Positions 58,408 through 64,000 of a DNA stretch of 64,000 nt are shown here, piece by piece. The DNA comes from Oceanispirochaeta sp. Its GTDB lineage: Bacteria; Spirochaetota; Spirochaetia; DSM-2461. Below the pieces are notes generated by a model, which made no database searches, was not told where the DNA came from, and saw only the letters and a list, made by a program, of their open reading frames with translations. A program made the translations under genes and the position numbers. Numbering within the stretch: position 1 is the first letter of the stretch; each line of letters opens with the position of its first letter. The stretch is from contig CAXXXD010000002.1 in NCBI GenBank assembly GCA_963663385.2, positions 384,001 to 448,000 of the forward strand, read 5' to 3'.

Positions 58408-59784
58408 TTACAGAATTTTTTTTATCAAACTGAAATATTTAAACGGCGCATACTTGAAAGGCATATCAAGCCATGTGGGAGTCGTTACGATTGCCCGTCT
58501 GTTGCTGAAGGCATGAAAGCTATCTTTCCCGTGGTATTTCCCCATGCCGCTGTTTCCCACTCCCCCGAAGGGCAGGTGATGATTGGTTATATGCATAAGC
58601 GTATCGTTTATACAGCCCCCGCCGGAGGGAATCTCCTGTAAAAGCTTTTTGGCTTTTTTCCCGGGACCGAAATAGTAGAAGGCCAGAGGTTTTTCATGAC
58701 TGTTGACGTATTGAACGACATCATCCGTATCTGTAAATGTCATAACGGGCAGAAGGGGGCCGAAAATCTCCTCCTGCATAACAGGAAAATCCGGTTCCAC
58801 CTCATCAATAATGGTGGGCGCAATAAAGCGTTCATCAGGATCAACCTCGCCGCCTGTGTGAATTCTGCCGTGCTGCATCAGACGCTGCAAACGTTCCATC
58901 GCAAGGTTATTCACAATCCGGGGATAGTAGGGACTTTTCCTGATGTTCCGGCCGTGCATTTCTTTAATGGACTCTGCTATCCTGTTCAGCAGTCTGTCTT
59001 TGATTGATTCATGAACAAAAAGGTAATCCGGAGCGATACAGGTCTGTCCGGCATTGATTGTCTTGCCCCAGGCGATCCGTTTTGCCGCCACCTTAAGGTC
59101 AGCCTCTTTATCTACGATACAGGGGCTCTTACCCCCCAGCTCCAGGATGACGGGAGTCAGATTTTCGGCGGCCGCCTCCATTACAATCTTTCCGACAAAG
59201 GGGCTTCCCGTATAGAAAATCAGATCGAAACGTGTATGAAAAAGGTGCTGATTCACATCCCGCCCGCCCTGAAACAGGGTTATGTGACGGGGATTGAAGG
59301 CTTCGGTAATCATCGTTTCCATAATTTCTGCGATGTGCGGGGTATAGGGAGACGGCTTGAGAACAGCACAGCAGCCGGCCGAAATTGCTCCGACAAGGGG
59401 ATTCATTAACAGCTGAAACGGGTAGTTCCAGGGGGCGGCGATCAGTACTACTCCAAGGGGTTCCGGCTGTATATAGCCTTTTGACGGGAGCAGATGCAGA
59501 GGAGTCGGGACCTTTTCCGGTTTCATCCACTTTTTCAGGTGTCTGATATGATTATCTATCTCCTGGGTTACTATGCTGATTTCCGTCAGCCAGGCTTCTT
59601 CCGCAGATTTGTGAAGATCTTTCCACAGAGCATCCTGAATCTGTTTCTCGTATTTATTGATAAAGGATTTCAGACGCTTCAGGTGTTCCATTCTGAAGAG
59701 CCGAGTCCTTGTTTCTCCTGTTCGGAAAAACTCCCGTTGTTCCTGTACCGTTTCCTGTATAAGTGCCTTGCTTATTGTTTCCAT
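58408..59784 (-). CDS. Aldehyde dehydrogenase (ALDH3-like)
   Basis: PWNYP, FYTGS, LELGGKSP, GQTCIAPDY, EEIFGP, PFGGVGNSGMGKYHG. Confidence 0.94.
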   Translation of the reverse strand: METISKALIQETVQEQREFFRTGETRTRLFRMEHLKRLKSFINKYEKQIQDALWKDLHKSAEEAWLTEISIVTQEIDNHIRHLKKWMKPEKVPTPLHLLPSKGYIQPEPLGVVLIAAPWNYPFQLLMNPLVGAISAGCCAVLKPSPYTPHIAEIMETMITEAFNPRHITLFQGGRDVNQHLFHTRFDLIFYTGSPFVGKIVMEAAAENLTPVILELGGKSPCIVDKEADLKVAAKRIAWGKTINAGQTCIAPDYLFVHESIKDRLLNRIAESIKEMHGRNIRKSPYYPRIVNNLAMERLQRLMQHGRIHTGGEVDPDERFIAPTIIDEVEPDFPVMQEEIFGPLLPVMTFTDTDDVVQYVNSHEKPLAFYYFGPGKKAKKLLQEIPSGGGCINDTLMHITNHHLPFGGVGNSGMGKYHGKDSFHAFSNRRAIVTTPTWLDMPFKYAPFKYFSLIKKIL

Positions 59785-60102
59785 TTAAAACCCCAACATT
59801 TTTTTTCGGTTGGACAGGACCGTCCCTTCTGCACAGGCTGCCAGTTCCAGAACGCAGGGAGCCGTAAGATTGTATTCAACCCTGGTCCCGCTTCTTTTGT
59901 CATTTACCAGTCCGGCTTCTTTCAGCTGAGTCAGGTGTTTGGATGCGGCAGATTTGGGAATCCCCGCTTCCACGGCCAGTTCACAGACACACCAGGGTTT
60001 TTCTCTGAGTTTTTCAAGAAAGTAAATCCTCACGGGATGGGCCAGAGCTTTAAACATATGAGCTCTGCGTTCGCAGCGGTTTCTCTGTTCATCTGTCATC
60101 AT
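59785..60102 (-). CDS. ArsR/SmtB-family regulator
   Basis: FKALAHPVRI, CVCEL, SKHLTQLKEAGLV. Confidence 0.92.
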   Translation of the reverse strand: MMTDEQRNRCERRAHMFKALAHPVRIYFLEKLREKPWCVCELAVEAGIPKSAASKHLTQLKEAGLVNDKRSGTRVEYNLTAPCVLELAACAEGTVLSNRKKMLGF

Positions 60103-60111
60103 AATATTAAT

Positions 60112-60188
60112 GTTTCACCATAGGGAAACTTTGTCAATCTTTTATTCTGTGTCTTGACTGAGGTTTTAATGTTTCATAATATAGAAAC
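60112..60188. promoter_or_regulatory. Two candidate ArsR operators
   Basis: GTTTC-N8-GAAAC at 60112-60129 and 60171-60188. Confidence 0.65.
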
Positions 60189-60219
60189 AAAGAAAAATAG
60201 AAACAGGAAGGTATATCAT

Positions 60220-60459
60220 ATGAATATTCAGATTCTGGGAATGGGTTGTCCCAAATGCAAAACTCTCGAAGCCAATGCCAGGGATGCGGTCAGGGAGATG
60301 AACCTTGATGCGGAAGTGGTGAAAGTAGCGGATATGCAGGAGATAATGAAAATGGGAGTTATGATGACACCGGCTCTTGCCATTGATAACGATGTGAAAA
60401 TAACCGGAAAGCTCCTCTCTAAAGAACAGATTATGGATATTTTAAAGGACGCGGTCTGA
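60220..60459 (+). CDS. Small redox-active disulfide protein (thioredoxin-like, MTH895 type)
   Basis: IQILGMGCPKC...GVMMTPALAID; ATG at 60220 follows GGAAGG. Confidence 0.9.
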   Translation: MNIQILGMGCPKCKTLEANARDAVREMNLDAEVVKVADMQEIMKMGVMMTPALAIDNDVKITGKLLSKEQIMDILKDAV

Positions 60460-60507
60460 TATATACCTGCTGTTTTTATGAAATCAGTAATCCGATTATC
60501 CGATCTT

Positions 60508-61419
60508 TCACTTAGAAAGGGATGAGATAAAATTCTCGAGCCCTATCCTGTAGCTTACAGGGTCGGTCTTGACAGACCGGGCGTGGGTTGCTCCCTCTAT
60601 CAGTACGAGCTGGGTAGGGGCTTTTCCCTTTCTTATATGATACATATGTTCCGACATGGCTGTGGGGACATAATCGTCTTCCCTGCCGTGAACAAGAAGG
60701 ATGGGGACATCCGTCTGCATGATATCCTGTTCCGGGTTTATATTGCCTGTATGGAACCCGGCTATTCCCCGTGTTATCCTGTCGGATAGGCGAATGATGC
60801 CGCCCCGGAGGAAAGGGGGCACATGATTCAGTTTCAGCTGGTGGTTCATGAGAACACTGAAATCGGAATAGGGGCAGTCGGCAATAATAAAACCGATCCT
60901 TTTATCCATCGGGGCGTATTGGAGCACTGTCGCGGCTCCCATGGATTCACCGAATAAGCCGATATCCTCTGTTTCGGGAAACTGCTTCAGGGCCCAGTCA
61001 ACCACCAGTTTCAGATCCTTTTTTTCATTTACTCCGTAAGTGGGATACTTCCCCGGACTCTTTCCGTGGGCCTGATGATCATAGGCAATAATATTCCAGC
61101 CGTTTTCCACGAAATAATCAAAGTACTTAACCATGCCGTAACGGGTCCATGTTATCCCGTGGCAGAAAATCACGGTATGGCCAGAGTCCCCCGGCAGGGC
61201 AAATCCGTCCAGATACTCTCCGTTAGCCTTGGGTATTACAAAATCCATCTTTTCTGACTGAAGGAATTCTTCGGTGAATTCATTGTACTCCAATCCGTTT
61301 TGAATGGTGAATTCAGTCGAATACCGGCGGATTTTCAGGAGCCGCAGGGCAAAATACAAGCCTGTCAGGAGGTACAGGATAATCAGTGATAAAGCAGTCA
61401 GCAGTAAAGCGGGCATCAT
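60508..61419 (-). CDS. Membrane-anchored alpha/beta hydrolase
   Basis: N-terminal TM; HG, GESMG nucleophile elbow, HGREDDYVP, catalytic His in GATHA. Confidence 0.88.
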   Translation of the reverse strand: MMPALLLTALSLIILYLLTGLYFALRLLKIRRYSTEFTIQNGLEYNEFTEEFLQSEKMDFVIPKANGEYLDGFALPGDSGHTVIFCHGITWTRYGMVKYFDYFVENGWNIIAYDHQAHGKSPGKYPTYGVNEKKDLKLVVDWALKQFPETEDIGLFGESMGAATVLQYAPMDKRIGFIIADCPYSDFSVLMNHQLKLNHVPPFLRGGIIRLSDRITRGIAGFHTGNINPEQDIMQTDVPILLVHGREDDYVPTAMSEHMYHIRKGKAPTQLVLIEGATHARSVKTDPVSYRIGLENFISSLSK

Positions 61420-61580
61420 TCTTCAATCTCCTTCCTAACCTGCAGAAATTTATAAACCGAAGTATATCCTTTTCGCTTACAGCGTGTAAATAAAACTTCC
61501 ATTCAGGTGTTCTGTCCTGATTACAGGCTCTATGAATAAACTGTTTTTCTAACTGTTTAACTGTTTCTACAACTTCCGGT

Positions 61581-63968
61581 TTATATCTTCTGCTCCGTCC
61601 GGGAGATAATGTCATTCTGCGTCTCCAGGGAGAGATTGGTAAAGAAGGCCGAATACCCGGCTACCCGGACCACAAGGTCATGGTACTTTTCCGGATTTTT
61701 CTGTGCTGCCAGCAGGGTTTCCCTGTCTACGATATTGAACTGGATATGCCAGCCCTTCAGGTCATCGAAAAAGCTGTGGAGCATCCCCGCCAGTTTATCC
61801 CTTTTCTCCCGGGAGACAAGGATGGAAGGGGAGAGTTTCTGGTTGAGCAGAACCCCGCCCAGGATCTTTTCCGTCGGCAGTTTGCTGATGCTCTTCATGA
61901 CCGCGGTCGGCCCCAGCCTGTCCGATCCGGAAGAGGGAGAGGCTCCTTCCGCCAGGGGCATCCAGGCTTTTCTTCCGTCGGGGGTCGCCGGAACGACAGC
62001 CCCGCCCGGGACATTGCCGGAGATACTGGATGTTCCTGCGTAATAACGGCATCCAATGGCGCCGCTGCCCTCCCGGATCGTGGGGTAGTGCTTTATTTCA
62101 TCAATATAACAGGCGTAGGCCTCTTTTAAAAGTTCATCCGCATAGTCGTCATCATTCCCGTACCTGGGGGCGTAGTTTATGAGGAGCTGCCGGATCTTTT
62201 CTCCTCCGGGATCTTCAAAATTGGTCTTCAGAGCATGCATCAGTTCTTCCGCACTGATTCGTCTGTCCTCGAAAATCAGTTTCCTGATGGCAGAGAGGGA
62301 GTCGGCCAGGTTGGCAATGCCTACCTGCAGTCCCGACACAAAGTCGTATTTGCATCCTCCCTCATGAACCGTCAGTCCCGTCTCCAGACAGTTATCCGTA
62401 AAGGCGGAGCAGAGCAGGTCCGGCGCTTCGTCCCGCAGGACCACGTCGATAGCCGTATCAATGGCAATCCCCGCTTTGGCAAAGTAACGGACCTGTTTCT
62501 CCCAGGCTTCCAGAACCTGTCCGAAGCCGGTAAAATCCGTCAGATTGCCAGTCCCTTTGCAGAACTGCCGGCCGCTTACGGGATCAGTCCCGTCATTTAT
62601 AGCTGCCAGGAAGACTCTCATAAAATTCAGAAAGTGCTTGCCCGTACAGCGATAACCCCACTTACCGGGTACCGCCACTTCGATGCAGCCTATGGCTGAA
62701 TAGTCCCAGGCATCCTCTTCCTCTACTCCAAGATTATGAAAGGACGGGATAACAATGCTGTCATTGTTAAAGGCCGGCATACCGAATCCCAGCTGGATAA
62801 CCCTGATGCACTCCTGAAGGAAGTCAGGATCAATGCCGGGATGAAACCGTACGGTCAGGTTCGGCTGGGTAAGCCTGGTTTCCCCGACGGATTTCAGAAT
62901 CAGATAGCTGAGATCGTTTACCCCGTCCGAACCGTCCCTGAGCTGCCCTCCGATCGTAACGTTCTGATAGAGGGGGCCTCCCGCCGAGAATCGGGTATGA
63001 GACCAGGAGCGGATCTTTTTCATACTTATCAGTTTGAGCCATGTATTTTCCAGAATCTCCAGAACAAACTCATCTTCCAGTATTCCAGCATCCACATCTT
63101 TTCTGTAGAAAGGGTAGAGGTACTGATCAAGGCGGCCCATGGACTGGGAGTGGCCATTACTCTCTATCTGCAGAACCAGCTGAACAAAATAGGAGAGCTG
63201 CAGGGCCTGGTAGAAGGTATCCGGAGGATCCGAGGCTATGAGGGCGCAGTTCCGGGAAATCATTTCCAGCTCCCGTTTCCGGGCGGTTTCCGGTTCGGAA
63301 GCCGCCATCTCCCCGGCCAGGCCGGAAAAACGACGGATAAATGTCTGGAACGCTTTGAGGGAAAGGCCGACGGACCGGTAGAAGTTATACTTTTTTATCC
63401 CTTCTTCCCTGACCACATCCACGGCTGAAAGTTTATGTTCAGTTTCATTGATAAACCATTGGAGCCCGTGTTTCAGGATCTTGCGGAAGTGGGCGGCTAT
63501 GTGAGCATCCCCGGAGGTCAGATTCCCTTCGGCCCGTATTATGCCGGCTTCATGGATGGCAAGGAGTTCCTCTGTCATCAGGGCGCGCCCCTTGTCCAGG
63601 GTTGTTGTCCCGTCCCAGTATTCGCATATTTCCAGAAGGTCCCTTTTGGTTTTATCATCCGGGAAAAAGGCATCTCCCGGGCGCTGTTCAAACTGGTCAA
63701 TCTCTTTCCTTATCCATTCGACGGCATACTCAGGGAATATGGGCGCTGCATAAATGGCGGAGGAGTGATTGCCGACAATCAGATCCTCCTTCTCTATCCG
63801 GATGGACATCCCTTCCAGAGTATCTTTCAGGGCATACGCTCTTTTCAGTATAACCGGTTTGTCCCGGTGCTTTTTATAGGCATTGGTATAGAAAAACGCC
63901 CTCTGGGTACAAATAGTCGGACGTGTTTTTAAAATTCTCTCCCGGTATCCGCTGATTCTTTCTGTCAT
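61581..63968 (-). CDS. Glycyl radical enzyme, PflF/YbiW-like
   Basis: GCIE Cys loop (single Cys, not the PFL Cys-Cys pair), KWGYRCTG, IESNGHS, RVAGYSA glycyl loop; GGAGG RBS. Confidence 0.9.
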   Translation of the reverse strand: MTERISGYRERILKTRPTICTQRAFFYTNAYKKHRDKPVILKRAYALKDTLEGMSIRIEKEDLIVGNHSSAIYAAPIFPEYAVEWIRKEIDQFEQRPGDAFFPDDKTKRDLLEICEYWDGTTTLDKGRALMTEELLAIHEAGIIRAEGNLTSGDAHIAAHFRKILKHGLQWFINETEHKLSAVDVVREEGIKKYNFYRSVGLSLKAFQTFIRRFSGLAGEMAASEPETARKRELEMISRNCALIASDPPDTFYQALQLSYFVQLVLQIESNGHSQSMGRLDQYLYPFYRKDVDAGILEDEFVLEILENTWLKLISMKKIRSWSHTRFSAGGPLYQNVTIGGQLRDGSDGVNDLSYLILKSVGETRLTQPNLTVRFHPGIDPDFLQECIRVIQLGFGMPAFNNDSIVIPSFHNLGVEEEDAWDYSAIGCIEVAVPGKWGYRCTGKHFLNFMRVFLAAINDGTDPVSGRQFCKGTGNLTDFTGFGQVLEAWEKQVRYFAKAGIAIDTAIDVVLRDEAPDLLCSAFTDNCLETGLTVHEGGCKYDFVSGLQVGIANLADSLSAIRKLIFEDRRISAEELMHALKTNFEDPGGEKIRQLLINYAPRYGNDDDYADELLKEAYACYIDEIKHYPTIREGSGAIGCRYYAGTSSISGNVPGGAVVPATPDGRKAWMPLAEGASPSSGSDRLGPTAVMKSISKLPTEKILGGVLLNQKLSPSILVSREKRDKLAGMLHSFFDDLKGWHIQFNIVDRETLLAAQKNPEKYHDLVVRVAGYSAFFTNLSLETQNDIISRTEQKI

Positions 63969-64000
63969 TTATTAACCTCCGTTTGTGGCAGCCAGGCTCA

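Noticed and set aside
61313..61615. 100-aa ORF between the glycyl radical enzyme and the hydrolase, and three AACTGTTT repeats at 61539-61566
   Set aside because: It overlaps both neighbours and has no motif; the interval contains a plausible TTTACA-18-TATACT promoter; the repeats are short and irregularly spaced.
61581..63968. Pyruvate formate-lyase (pflB)
   Set aside because: Lacks the adjacent Cys-Cys active-site pair; the motifs match the YbiW/PflF class instead.

Overview
Bacterial chromosomal segment, probably from a free-living anaerobic spirochaete. The taxon is inferred from the [FWY][AS]xG[GQ]QE N-termini of the solute-binding proteins (SBPs) and from gene content. It is an accessory metabolic region of about 55 genes. 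In order: end of a TRAP transporter; peroxiredoxin with a divergent NorR-like sigma54 activator; Phd-VapC toxin-antitoxin pair; PfkB kinase; chemoreceptor; orphan fabF; diguanylate cyclase; carbohydrate ABC system with a transmembrane AraC; a ~20-kb phosphoester/sugar-phosphate scavenging region (Na/Pi symporter, kinase, GDPD, two ABC systems, HAD phosphatase, TctABC, MBL hydrolase, three regulators); a sialic/nonulosonic-acid operon; a URO-D-like enzyme; CoA-disulfide reductase-rhodanese; orphan trpB; an SBP plus transmembrane AraC pair; an EAL protein; aldehyde dehydrogenase/ArsR/thioredoxin; and a YbiW-like glycyl radical enzyme. I found no rRNA, tRNA, CRISPR array, transposase or phage genes. 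Most notable: (1) the nan-operon family-5 SBP is circularly permuted; (2) a NorR-like activator appears to drive a peroxiredoxin via a sigma54 promoter and three enhancer repeats; (3) a LacI operator has an exact 22-bp copy inside a coding sequence; (4) paired CACACGTGTG operators define a split regulon; (5) four unrelated SBPs share a Cys-less N-terminal motif; (6) the ManNAc epimerase gene is frameshifted. All protein assignments come from motif recognition by eye; no database searches were run.
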